Source: Chiloscyllium plagiosum
Taxonomy: Eukaryota
Assembly: GCF_004010195.1 (NCBI RefSeq)
Contig: NC_057721.1
Coordinates: 22,378,315 to 22,442,314, forward strand
Direction of reading: 5' to 3'
Length of the DNA: 64,000 nucleotides
Below are positions 25,260-37,720 of this stretch, piece by piece (position 1 is the first letter of the stretch; each line of letters starts with the position of its first letter). The notes beneath the pieces were generated by a model, which saw only the letters and a program-made list of their open reading frames with translations, searched no databases and had not been told where the DNA came from. The position numbers were made by a program, and so were the translations under genes.

Positions 25260-26810
25260 GGCCCTTAAGTTTGTAGGTGATACCGAATTGGGTGTGTCAT
25301 TCATGAGAAATGGACCTGTACAACTGTAGGAAACAATTAAAGGACTGGGTAGAAATGTTGGAAATGGGATTCAGTCCTCGAAAGTGTGAAATAATATTTG
25401 CAGAGGGCAAACCAAGGGAGTATACGATAAACAGCAGGATGCTGAGACGTGGAGGAACAGAGGGACCTTAGAGTTCATCTCCAAAGATCCTTCAGGGTAA
25501 CATGGCTAGATAAAGTAATTAAGAAAGCATATGAATGCTTTTCTTTCAAAGCTGAAGCATATCTTAGACCAGCTGATATATACTCTGCTCGAGCCAAATA
25601 AAAGACTGGTTAAGACAGAACTGCAGTACTGCTTGCACTTCTGGTCACTGCCTTACAGGAGGGATGTGATCTCATTGAAAGAGAGTACAGGAGAGAGTTA
25701 AGAAAACATTACCAGCTTTGGAAATTTTGGGTAGATGGCTGAAATAACCAAAAGCCCTTATTCATCTCTGGTTCTTTGGCCAAATCACCTCAAATCTGAA
25801 ATAACCAAAGAGAGGCTGGTATCCTGTCACTCAATAACCTTTTAATTACACAGGCACAGTACATGGACTCTGACCAGCTAATTCAGAGCCGATTCCAATA
25901 GTGAGGAGACATTCTGAGACTCCTGTTTATATGTCAGCCAAGCTTCCTGTTTGGGGCTGCTAATCTGAGCCAATCAGGGAATTTCTACTCAATGAGATCC
26001 ACCTGTTCAACCTCGTTCTAATCACTACAATGGAAATCTTTCCTTTCGTTCAAAGGAGGCAGCAGACAACCGGGGATTTAACAGAGGTGTCTAACATTGA
26101 GATAGGCCTAGATAGAGTGGATAGGCTAAAATAATTTGCCCTAGCAAAGAGGTCATTCACCACAGAGTACAAATTTATATTGATTGGGAAAGAGATCATA
26201 GGGAAATTAAGAAGAATTATTTCTATCCAGTGGCTGGTGGGGGTCTTAAAATCTCTACCTGAAAGGGTGTGAGGGATAAAAACTGTTATTGCATTAATGA
26301 AAACTATTCAGAGATGTACTTGATGTACTATGACGTTTAAAGCTATTGTCCAAGAATGAGAAAGTACCATTAGGCAGGATAAGTCTATTTTTGGTTGACA
26401 CAGATACAGCAGCCAAAATGGACTGCTTCTGTACTATAAATTGTTGGATGTTTCCAGAAGAAGGTGAAGATTTAAGAAGCGGCATTTAAAATAATGAATG
26501 TTTTTGTCAAGTAAATAAGGATAAACTGTTGATATTTGAGAAGCACCAGAAATCAGAAGCCACAGATTTGAGGTGATTTGGCCAAAGAACCAGAGATGAA
26601 TGAGGGCTTTTTACTTAGCAAGGAGTTGGCATGTTCTGGAACGCAATACCTGAGAACATGTTTTAAACAGATTCACTACTATCTTTGAATTAGATAAACA
26701 TGTTGAGGGGAAAATTGACTTGGATATGCGAAAGGGGCAGTAAATATAACTTACTGTATCACTGTTCCAAAGAATGGGTTGAATGGTCTCTCCTATTTTC
26801 TGTGATACTA
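25260..26810 (+). mobile_element. Old CR1 fragments containing a solo LTR
   Basis: KFVGDTELG-like motif, degenerate RT C-terminus and two CR1 3' ends. Confidence 0.65.
25740..26029 (-). mobile_element. Solo LTR (family of 7588-7817) with a 57-bp addition
   Basis: TGAAATAA...ATCACTACA termini; flanks atggc / atgga as an imperfect 5-bp TSD. Confidence 0.7.
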
Positions 26811-27365
26811 TGATAATTTAGCTTAGGATAAGGACAATTTGTTTTCCAACAGAGCTCCCAATCCTATCTTTGTAACAGTAAAGTTGCAATCTGAATAAAT
26901 GTATGTGGCTAACTTATTCTTCTATCCATGCATTGTATTAGCAGATTGTTTCTGCTACAATGCTTTATTTGATGTTCATGTTTTTATCACACCTTTTGTT
27001 AAAAATTAGGACATGATTACATTATTTAGTTTTCTAACAATCCTACATTTAGTCCTTCATTTAGAAAGCATTTGTAAAGATGTATAAATTTATATTACCT
27101 GTTTTCCCAGATTTTGCATCATGTGGAATAACTGCAGAAAATCACACATGCTTGTAGAAAGTTGCAGTCTACCGAATGGCTAGTAGACGAACTATGCCGG
27201 ATCTAATAAGTGCAGTCTGACAAGGGCAATGGCCCATATATCTGGCAGCTTTAAAAGTTGAAAATTAATTTTTAATTACAATTGTAAGATTTTCAGAGAG
27301 AGGACAGTTAAAATTGACACTGCACTGTGAAAGAAGGCTGAGCAATATTAAAAGTTTTAAAAAAA

Positions 27366-27460
27366 CAAAAACAGAAATTGCTGGAAAAGCTCAGCAGCAC
27401 CTTTGGAGATAAATCAGAGTTAATGCTTTGGGTCAAGTGACCCTTCCTCAGAACTGAAAA
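27366..27460 (-). mobile_element. Third-family PLE-like terminal repeat fragment
   Basis: Minus strand reads ctgaggaagggtcacttgacccaaagcattaac; homologous to 53670-53770. Confidence 0.6.
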
Positions 27461-28137
27461 GTAAAGATATTGAAATGACACAGTATATGTATTTGTAACT
27501 GAATACAAAATGGCTGATGTTTCAAACCGATATTCATCTAGACACAACTAAAGTTATCACAAGTTGAAATAATTAAACAATTGATTTAATCTGGTTCATT
27601 TAGGTTGAAGGCAAACTCCAACTCTCTACTTTGGCCCATGTGCACAAAATAAACAGGGCACTTAAGAAGGTTTGACTTTAAAATTGATGTTGATGCAAAC
27701 AGACAATTTATTATTTGGCTGATATAAGCAACCGTTTTAAGTGATGAAGACTGTAATTTATCAACAATTAAAGCATATTTCGTCATTTTAAAATGTTCAT
27801 TAAAAAGACATGAAGTTTTAATTAATACATTGCAGCTTGATGAAGGCAGGCGAGTCAATATGCAACGGAGTCAATGACTTCAGATTTTTTTTGTATGGTA
27901 TGTGCATTGCTAATTTTACTGCAAAAATTAAAATATCTAATGTAATTACTTGATGTTTCAAGTAAAAACAAAATGCTGAAGAAACTTGACAGCTCTGGCA
28001 GCATCGGCACAGAGAGAAACAACATTTAAATTTTTAAGCCTGATACAACAATCTATTGGAGCCTTGGTTCTCGCTATCGGGTCGCAAGAAGCCTACATAA
28101 GACATTTGCATCTCATTAATTGTGCAACTCACCAACA

Positions 28138-28476
28138 GGGTGGCACGATGGCTCAGTGGTTAGCGCTGCTGCCTCACAATGGGTTCAGTTCCTCCCTCGG
28201 ACGACTGTTTGTGTAGAGTTTGCGTATTCTGCCCGTGTCTTCCAGGTGCTCCAGTTTCCTGCCACAGTCTGAAGATGTATAGGTTAGGTGGATTGGCCAT
28301 GCTAAATTGCCCTAGTGTACAGGGATGTGCAGGCTTGGTTGAAGTACCCATGGGAAATGCAGGATTACAGGGATAGTTTAGGAGGCGGGGTCTGGGTTTA
28401 ATGCTCTTCGGAGAGTCAATGTGGACTTGATGGGCAGAATGGCTTGCTTCCACATTGTGGGAATTCTATTCTATTC
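28138..28476 (+). mobile_element. HE1-type V-SINE (older, diverged)
   Basis: tRNA-like head, V-domain and (ttcta)n tail. Confidence 0.8.
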
Positions 28477-29010
28477 AAAAATTAGCTTCCCCTTCCCAAT
28501 TTATTTCTACGCAATCAAGATACTCAATACTTCAGTAACTAAAGACGCAGGCCTGCGATGTAAAAAAATATTGTGTGTAGGCCTGATCTGGCTAGAGTAA
28601 CTATTGAGCTGACTGTCTCTGTAGTGATGGAGAGCGCAGGTGAACACCTTGCTGATGCATCCTGTGAGGGTCCACAGGCTTTCTCCTCAGAGATGGTGCT
28701 GGCACAGGTGGTGACACTTCTGCTGTTTGAGGCTAGCACCAGCAGAAGAGAAGCAAAAGGAGTGGATGGTGATAATGTAGAATAATTTTAAGCAGACCAA
28801 AGTGTTTGTCTTCATGCACATCTGAGAAGGACAGAGTGCAGTGTCATTTAGGCTTCACTCCTCTTCACCGCAGGAATGGTCCCAGTCTTTCCAAACTGTT
28901 CATTGCCTCATCCTCGAAAGCAGTGGGGGTCTTCATATCTAGTACCCCACCATCTTTCTGGCCTTGGTCCTCTTAATCTCTCCTGCAATGAGATAAAGAG
29001 AGAGGTTGAG

Positions 29011-29105
29011 CCCTTCCTGATGAAGGGCTTTTGCCCAAAACGTGGATTTTCCTGCTTCTCGGATGCTGCCTGACCTGCTGTGCTTTTCCAGCAACACACT
29101 CTCGA
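29011..29105 (+). mobile_element. PLE terminal-repeat fragment
   Basis: CTGATGA-a-gggc(tttt)gccc-aAAAcg followed by the conserved arm. Confidence 0.75.
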
Positions 29106-29189
29106 CCCCCAATGAAGCAGGTCCATGCTGACCTTCTGTCTCTGGCTCCTTTCCTCTAAGACCCTGTGTTTGATTTTACCTTTTGTGCC

Positions 29190-29636
29190 AAGGAGTGTTT
29201 ATGGGTATTGTTGCAAGTATTTGGAATATCTTGATTAAATTGGAATGATCTGTTGGGTGTTCAGATGGGTTAAGCTATTAGGTAGGTGGAAGTGGGTATT
29301 GCAGATGCTGGAGATTAGAGTCAAGATTAGAGTAGTGCTGGAAAAGCACAGCAGGTCAGGCAGCATCCTTGGAGCAGGAAAATCAATGTTTTGGGCAAAA
29401 GACCTGCTGTGCTTTTCCAGCACTACGCTAATCTTAAGTTATTAGGTATTCTGTTCTCTTTTGTTTGTTTATTTGGTAATACTGTAAATAAATTCTGTTT
29501 TGTTTAAAACAAAGTGGTTTGACCAACTGCATCCCTCCGAGAATATCTGTGTTACACCTGCTTAAAACAGCTAGCAAATTTAAGGTCTGGGCTACTTTCT
29601 TGAACTGCTTTGAGGGGTCTGGCCTGGTCCATAACA
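29190..29636 (+). mobile_element. Probable LTR 3' fragment interrupted by a palindromic PLE insert (29285-29433)
   Basis: AATAAA and a terminal ...ggtccataaca. The insert is flanked by a 15-bp TSD ttaagctattaggta (29270-29284) / ttaagttattaggta (29434-29448). Confidence 0.6.
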
Positions 29637-31826
29637 GAGGGCACACCATGCAGTGATGCTGAGACTTGCAGACTGTGACTGAGTGTGAGATGTCTGTGCA
29701 GTGGTCAAGTAAGACTGACCCTGTGAGTGTGAGGTAAGCGAGAGAAGTTGCTGCCCTTTACCCTTGTGAAGGAGCAGGGATCAGTCACTTTCTTGAGGAA
29801 GAACTTTAAATTTCTGTTTTGTGCAGAATGCTGGCACTGACCAATGTTGTTATCTGCTGTCATCAGCTGAGAAATTTGTCTTCAGAATTTAAATCCAGTG
29901 GAAATTCCTGACCATAGTTTTGGAGGTATTTCCATAACAACAATTTTTGAACAATTATTTAACCACCTTATGTATTTGGTAAGCTAATAAAACAGGCAAA
30001 AGTTTGATAATTTTTCCATGCTGCTTTACATCCTTCTTATCCTATTTATCTCGTTAACAAAATCTGGGTGAGAATGGAGAATTAGCACATTATGGAAAGT
30101 TATGATCAAAACAAGAAGAATCCCTGTCCGTCATAACGTAACTATAATTGTTTATCCTTGATCCCAAAACGCCCAATCACATATTTTCTTGATAATGGAT
30201 TTAAAATGAAAATATCTATCAATCAGATTTATTTAATTAACACACATTACTGTCTTTCTATGAACAAATCTTGTTCAATCATGATGCAAATTGGTTAACA
30301 CACTTTGTTTATAATATAAAAATAAAAACATTTACTACTTTAAATAGCAAGTATAAACACATGAAAAATAAAAACACAGATTTCTCTCTGCAACAATTCA
30401 CTTTAGGGGGATAACAAAAACATTTTTGACTAATAAGTCTTTGCTCAAGAAAGCCAAATAAAAGTGTTCAGACTGGGTTCGTGATCTGGTGCACAAAGAT
30501 GGGATGTCACCATGAAGATACCTCTGGATACTTGCTACTGCTGCTTGTTCAGAGAACAGTATCAACGGTTTAAAAAATAATCAGGGAGTCGCTGATAAGG
30601 GAATACTCTCTAATTGCCTTAGAGAAAGATATGGTAAGCTGCCTTCTTGAACTGCTGCAGGCTGTGGATCACAGTTAATGATCCACAGTAATTCTGGAGG
30701 GAATTCCAGGATTTTGACCCAACAGTAATGAAAGAATGATGATATATTTCCAAGTCATAAAAAACATAGGAACAGGAGTGGGTCATTTAGTCATTCGAGC
30801 ATGTTCCACCAATCATTATAGTCATAGCCGATCATCCAATCCAATCACATCTTCCTGCTTTTCCCTCATATCCTTTGATTCCTTTGGTCCCAAGTGCTGT
30901 GTCCAACCCTGTCCAGAAATTAGTGTTTTGGCCTTGACTGCTTTCTGTGGTAGTGAATTTCACAGGCTCCCTAATCTCTTGGTGAAAAAAATTATCTTAA
31001 TCTCAGTTCTAAATGATTTACTGCATATCCTTAAACTTACACTTCTGCTTCAGTCAGGTTGGTGTGTGGATTGGAAAGGAACTTCTAAGTGATGATACTT
31101 GCATGTATCTGCTGTGCTTGACCAGCTAGGTGGTGGAAGTTGTTGTGATCCATTTTGTAAATGGTGCACATAATTGATTGGGTGCCAGTCAAGAAGGTTG
31201 CCTAGTCCTGGATGGTGTGACGTGTCTTCAGTATTGTTTTAGCTGCACCTATTCAGGAAAGTATGGAGTATTCCATCATATGCGTGACTTGTGGCTTGGA
31301 GATTGTGGACAGGCATTGCAGAGACATGAGGTGGGTTACTTTTACTTCTGAAGTCAAAGTCTTCTGTCATCTATAGCATTAACTATGTAATTACATTTTT
31401 CTAGGAAAAAAAAACTAAACATAACAAGATTAATATTTAATTTGTATATAAAATTTATATGGTAACATTTATACAGAAAAAATAGACAAGTGTTGAGTAG
31501 CTAAGAAAGGTTCCAATAATTTCCCATGAAATAATAACTGATATTTAAACCCTTTAACAAAATGTAATTGAAGCACTAAATTATGTTTGTAAATTATAAA
31601 TGTCATTTTTTTAATATGTGTAAATTGTGTAAATAGAGCTGTAGTTTGCAGTTCAGGCATAAAGAATCTGGTCCTGTAATAAATTGAAAAGAAGGGTCAA
31701 AGACACAAATGATTCAACCTCATAAAGCAGGAATGGTTCACTGAGTTCTCAATGATTTGTACACTAGTCAATTGGGAATTCTGTTAAAATTTTCAGATTA
31801 TGACAAAATCGAAGGTATAATTCATT

Positions 31827-32235
31827 ATTTAGAAGATCAAAGGAACTTTAATAGGATATTGATAAGATGCAGGAATGGGCTAAAAATGGCACATGAAATT
31901 GAGTGAAAGTAGATATGAAGTCATATATTTTGGAAATATATAATAGTTATATTCTTAATAAGGTGAACTTTGTGCTGTGAAGGAACAAAGGAATTTTGGA
32001 CACAGTTCAAATGTTAATGGGAAAACATCAAGTGGATTGGACATTTTGAATGATACTCAGTGTCTTTTTTATCACAAAAAGTATTAAAGATACTAGTAAT
32101 AATAAGTCAATATAAAATCTCAGTGAGACATCAGAGTCTATTGTGAAATGTCAAATTTGTTCATCCATGATTAGAAATTCAAGGTTTAAAGTTTGTTAGT
32201 AATGTCATGGCCATATCTTATTCCCATGTCCCAAT
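31827..32235 (+). repeat. Duplicated segment, copy 1 (A 31827-32145 fused to B 32139-32235)
   Basis: A is near-identical to 34337-34655 and B is identical to 36469-36565. Confidence 0.95.
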
Positions 32236-34245
32236 CTCTTCCTTTTCCCTCATCTGTAAAGTCTAAAAATTAAAAGTGAAGAGATTACTTTTCTTTATTG
32301 TCAGAACAAATACCTAAATGTGACTGGCTGTTTATACTGCTTGATAACAGTGCTGACTGTCTGGAGATTTCCTCAACTTGATTTCCAAATTCATAATGAT
32401 ATTAAGTAAAGGAATTGCATGCCAAGAGAAGTCACTAGATCTTGAGCAGTGAACTCGATTACTTTCCCACTGACCAAAAGCTCTAGCCACTGAGACCGAG
32501 GTCTGATTTTACTCCATTTAATCCAAAGATAAAGACCAGCAAAATTCAGAAAGGTTACGAAAGCATTATCTGTGGAAATGAACTGGCATTAATGAAATTG
32601 GACTGCATTAGCTTTCCACACCTTGTTACCTTGTAGTAAGGCTGCTGTGCTGAGTTCATCTATGAATATTCATATGTGGAGTTTCCTTGGGATTAAGACA
32701 CTGTAACTTTGTTGGAAGATTGGGAGAAACACTGGGTAAATGTCGGTGAGATTTTCACCACAGTTACAACAGCTCATTTAGAGCACCATAAGGTACACCT
32801 GATATTCATACATGACCTAACTGGCCTGTTTGATATCAGAAGATTATATTATCCTGGACCTTCCATGGAACAGCAAGCATCATTAGATTTGTGACTATGT
32901 TCGAACCTTAACATGTCCCAATGATACTCTGCATTTCCTGGTGGGTCTTCTGAGACCAGAATCCCCAGAACCACAAACCACAGCATCCATTCCAAAGCTG
33001 TAGATCAGTGGGAGGACTGGACATAGCCCTTATAGCACTGGGTCAGTTTAAAGGTCCAGTTTGAATGTTAGTGAATGGGTGAGTGAGTGAGTAATAAAAA
33101 AGGGTAAAGTTGACAGATGAGTGAGGTAAATGAGTGGGGTGCCAGGTAGTTCAGGTGGGTGAGTGGTCAGGGATGGTCAGGTCAAGTTGTGAGGGGTGAT
33201 CAGTTCACAAACTAGTCAAATTGGATCTGGGGATAGTCAGGTAGTTGGGTTAAGTTGGGTGGGTAGTTGGCTCAGGAGGGGTAGTCCAGTGGAGTCAGGT
33301 AGGAGTCAGGTAGTGGGAGTTAAGTCTAGTCAGCTGGAGATGTGGTAGATAAGTGGTCAGGGGTTAGCATGGTTGGGAGGGTCAGCTTGTTGAAGGGGAG
33401 CTGGAGTTAGATTATCTCTGGATATGGGTTACCTAGAAGTGTCAATAGGATGTCAGGGTCTCAGGAGATAGATGAGGTTTTAATTTGTCCAACATTTCCA
33501 GCATTGCTATCCAGGTAAGTACTGCAGAATTGTCTGAAATCCCGATTGTAGCTCAGGGTCAGATACTTTTACACAATGTCCCGGAGGGTAAATTAATCGC
33601 TTGTTAAAAGTTCAAATTTTGCAGGCAACTCCTGTGGAGATCAATGGGTTTTGTGTCCTATCTTGTCTCCAGTGATCCAGACACTGGGCCAACCTTTGAT
33701 CAGGAATGAAAGTGAAATACTAAAGTTATTTATGCAATCTCATCTGCAATTCTGAAATGTGGCCGTAGAGTCTGGCTTTTGATGACAATGAGTTAAATTT
33801 TCCCAATGTTAAGGCATTATCAGTAGAATACTGTTTACTAAGCTGTACAGACAACAAAGGTCCCAAACCAATCCTCAGTTCACATGTGAGAAAGGTGAAA
33901 ATAAACCACATTTTCTGCTTCTGTTTATTATTCTCATTAGATATGTGTACGTTTTAATATGTGATTTGGATTCTGTTGTGATGTCTCTGCAATTAAATAA
34001 GCAATGAGCATTTGCTGCAAAGGATTGTAATTGATTATTGGGCATTTTGATTGAGATAGCAAAGTGAATCAAGTATGAATGAAATTGCAACTCAACAGTA
34101 TCTTTAGGAGAGGAGATCACAATAAGTAGATAATAGCTTCGCTTGGGACAAAATGTCTTGCATTCTAATTAGTCTTATGTCTGATCCCCTTCCCCCACTA
34201 TGAAACTGTTTGGTGGGAACTTCACTTGAGTATTACTGAGACAGA

Positions 34246-34336
34246 GATGGAAATGTGTTGCTGGAAAAGCGCAGCAGGTCAGGCAGCATCTAGGGAACAG
34301 GAGAATCGACGTTTCGGGCATTAGCCCTTCTTCAGG
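34246..34336 (-). mobile_element. PLE terminal-repeat arm with intact hammerhead core (34308-34335)
   Basis: Minus strand CTGAAGA-a-gggc(taat)gccc-GAAA-cg-TC; abuts duplicated segment A. Confidence 0.8.
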
Positions 34337-34655
34337 ATTTAGAAGATCAAAGGAACTTTAATAGGATATTGATAAGATGCAGGAATGGGCTAAAAATGGC
34401 ACATGAAATTGAGTGAAAGTAGATATGAAGTCATATATTTTGGAAATATATAATAGTTATATTCTTAATAAGGTGAACTTTGTGCTGTGAAGGAACAAAG
34501 GAATTTTGGATACAGTTCAAATGTTAATGGGAAAACATCAAGTGGATTGGACATTTTGAATGATACTCAGTGTCTTTTTTATCACAAAAAGTATTAAAGA
34601 TACTAGTAATAATAAGTCAATATAAAATCTCAGTGAGACATCAGAGTCTATTGTG
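34337..34655 (+). repeat. Duplicated segment A, copy 2 (old CR1 RT sequence)
   Basis: 319 bp at offset 2510 from copy 1; one difference seen (ggacacag/ggatacag). Confidence 0.95.
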
Positions 34656-36046
34656 TGCAAAATTCACAAGGATGCTGTCTAGTTAAAGGAAATATAAATG
34701 AAAAGAGGATGTGAAAAATTGTCTGTCTAAAATCAATGCAGATTACAGTGTGGTATGATACATGACTGGATTTAGACAGGATAGAGAGAAGCACATTCTT
34801 CCGTCTAGCTAAATGATCTACATAGAGAGTTCAATGATGACACAAGATCAACTGGAAGAAAGAAGAAGGAAAATTTGCATTTGGTCTGATGAGTTCAATT
34901 CCTGTGATACTGTTTGAGAGAAACTATGCAAATATTCAGTATTAAATTGGGTAGTGGTTGAGACTGAGACTATTGTTTGCAAGAAGGTCAATACTAAAGT
35001 AGACTGGCTGTATTGAATAGTCTATTTGCATGGGCAAGATGTAGTGCCTCAAGTATTAAATGTGGGGCCAAATGTCTATATGGGTGACTGACTCTCACAC
35101 CTAGCAACGAGAAGACTCACTGGACAAATCTCCAGTTAGCTACTTAAGAGCTGACTAGTGAGTTTCTCAGTGAATCATGAGCCTCAGTAGTGAAAACCTA
35201 ACACCCTAGAAGCTGCTGACCAGTCAGAGGCCAACAACTTTAGATTCCTAAAGATTTTTGCTAGAAGCCCAGGCTTTAGGGGATCAAACAGTGAGATGGT
35301 ACATCATTTTCTTCCCACGAGATGGGGATTACTTTTTGAGGGGCCGGGGTGGGTGAAGGTGGTGGGAAGAGGCAGAGAAGGGATGTGACTAGACCTTCAG
35401 TGCCTGGCTCCCTGCATCCATTCTTTCCCCAAATTGGTCCCAGGTGGAGATGCAAATGGAGGCCCCACACAACTCAATGTGCAGATTACTTGGGAAACCA
35501 GACATTTCATTGCCTACCAGGAAACTAGAAATCTGGTTTTGTCCAGTAGAGGTTCTTAGTTGGAGACCATTCATTAGTGATTAAAAGGGTCTCAATTGAT
35601 GATGAAACAAGAAGGTCCCCAAAAGATCGACTTTCCCAGCACTTAATTGTGCAGGCAGCGAGAATGGGTTAAGTATCTGTCTGGAGTCAACCTACCCAAT
35701 TATTTGCCTTTCTTATCACCTTCTAATTCAGGCAGGGAATAATCATATGCCAGTATTCTATGTATAGATATGAATTATTGTTGCACAGTGCTTTCTGATG
35801 AGGGAAATACAGTTTAATTGTTCATTGTAGTCAGATTTTACGATTGTATTGTTGGCAAAACTGCCAGTGTTCCTGTCACTACCCTTCAACACTGAACACG
35901 AATACACAGTTACATGCAGAAATCTAGAAACTTCTTTCACTGTGGTGTTGAAGTTCCTCCCAAATGTAATCAATTAGAAATCATTAAACTGATGGGAATC
36001 TTTCATCTTATTCTCCTAGTTGTGCTGTGAAGTGCCACAACTTCTT

Positions 36047-36364
36047 TAGATTAGATTAGATTACTTTACAGTGTGGAAACAGGCCCTTCGGCCCAACAAG
36101 TCCACACCGACCCGCCGAAGCGCAAACCACCCATACCCCTACATTTAACCCTTACCTAACACTACGGACAATTTTAACATGGCCAATTCACCTGACCTGC
36201 ACATCTTTGGACTGTGGGAGGAAACCGGAGCACCCGGAGGAAACCCACGCAGACACGGGGAGAATGTGCAAACTCCACACAGTCAGTCGCCTGAGTCGGG
36301 AATTGAACCCGGGTCTCTGGCGCTGCGAGGCAGCAGTGCTAACCACTGTGCCACCGTGCCGCCC
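36047..36364 (-). mobile_element. HE1-type V-SINE, full length, young
   Basis: CpG-intact reverse complement of the 11082-11421 family. Confidence 0.9.
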
Positions 36365-36468
36365 ACCGTACCTTTAATAAGGTACAACTTTGTTATTAAA
36401 CAGTGTACTCTCTATTAAATTCAGAATTACTGTAGAACTGCCTCACTGACCATGAAAAGGTAGTTTTA

Positions 36469-36565
36469 TATTGTGAAATGTCAAATTTGTTCATCCATGA
36501 TTAGAAATTCAAGGTTTAAAGTTTGTTAGTAATGTCATGGCCATATCTTATTCCCATGTCCCAAT
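36469..36565 (+). repeat. Duplicated segment B, copy 2
   Basis: 97 bp identical to 32139-32235. Confidence 0.95.
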
Positions 36566-37055
36566 GAAAGTATTGATGCTTTTTATTCAGCAATTTTATT
36601 TCCGTAGATGATTTTGCATCTGTTTTCAATTTAAGGTAAGGTTAATTTGAAAAGCCTAATAGGAAAAGCACGGTGGGAATTTGCCGCTTATCCCTATATA
36701 ATTCCAAAGAACAGCTGAGTATTTGCGTTGTGCCAAAATATCTCACAACAACATAAGTGCACCAGCACAAAATAGATACTGAAAGGGAACTCAATAAATG
36801 CTACTCTTGTTCAGAAAAAAATACTGCTTTAATTTGAAATTAAAGCATCTCAGTCCATTACTTAAATGACATTTTGATTATTAATAATTTAATGTTTTGT
36901 GTTAACACTTTGTGTATAATGTGGCAATTCTGCTAAAAATTGCATGCAGGATGAATTATTCATTGATGTATTTAAAATATCAGCTATTTCTTGATCTACA
37001 CAAAATGATTATTCCAATGTATTAACTGTGCCTTGTGTCCTAATTTTTTGTGCAG

Positions 37056-37167
37056 ACGGGTTTGGCAGATGATCCCTCTGGCTAATTCTACTGTTGAGAC
37101 TCTGAAATTGGAAGTAGTTAACAGTAACCCAGGAGTTTTCTCAGTAGAGATTGATCCTAGAAAAGTC
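37056..37167 (+). CDS. CFAP47: CFAP47-like exon C (K-RVWQMIPLANSTVETLKLEVVNSNPGVFSVEIDPRKV)
   Basis: Acceptor ttgtgcag|A, donor GTC|gtgagt; 112 nt, phase 2/0, AA+A=Lys joins exon B. Resembles CFAP47 'QIIPLVN.T.ETLKLQV.NSNP.NF'. Confidence 0.9.
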
Positions 37168-37339
37168 GTGAGTATCAATAAGAAGCGTTATCATAGTCAG
37201 AGCGCTTGTTTTTTGTCTAGGACTCTGCATTTTACAGAAAAGTAACTTAATGCCATTATGCTAAAGATGGATTTTTGACATCCATAACTTAATGAGCAGA
37301 AATGCGCACTAGCTAGATATTGGATAAATCAGCCCTTCC

Positions 37340-37720
37340 ACACTATAATTTTAGTTTCCTGACCTTGAGTCTTTCTCTGTCTCTCTCTGGCCATTGTCTG
37401 AGGCTGAACCAGTCTGTTTACAATCTTGGTGTCATATTTGATCAGCTTCCACTTGCCCCAACAGCACTAAGATCACTTACTTCCACTTCTGTCTTTTGCT
37501 TCAGTTCATCGTCGGCTTAATTTCACATTTCTGCTTTTGTTACCTCTGAACTTGACTTTTCAATGCTCTCCTGGCTAATCTCCTAGCTGCAACCGCAGTA
37601 AATTGAGCTGATTGAAAATTCTGCTGCCTTTAGCAATTGCCAGCAGTCCTAATCACCTCAGTGCTTGTTGACATATATTGGCTTCCTGTCCAGAGACACT
37701 TAAACTTCAAAACTCTTGTC
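37340..37720 (+). mobile_element. L2 LINE fragment
   Basis: VYNLGVIFD, AFVTSELD, LIENSAA and ITSVLVDIYWLPV...FKTLV are degenerate L2 ORF2 C-terminal motifs. Confidence 0.7.

Noticed and set aside
27111-27216. Exon-like segment after tttcccag (…LQSTEWLVDELCRI*)
   Set aside because: All three frames hit stops, there is no good donor, and exons B and C already join in phase without it.
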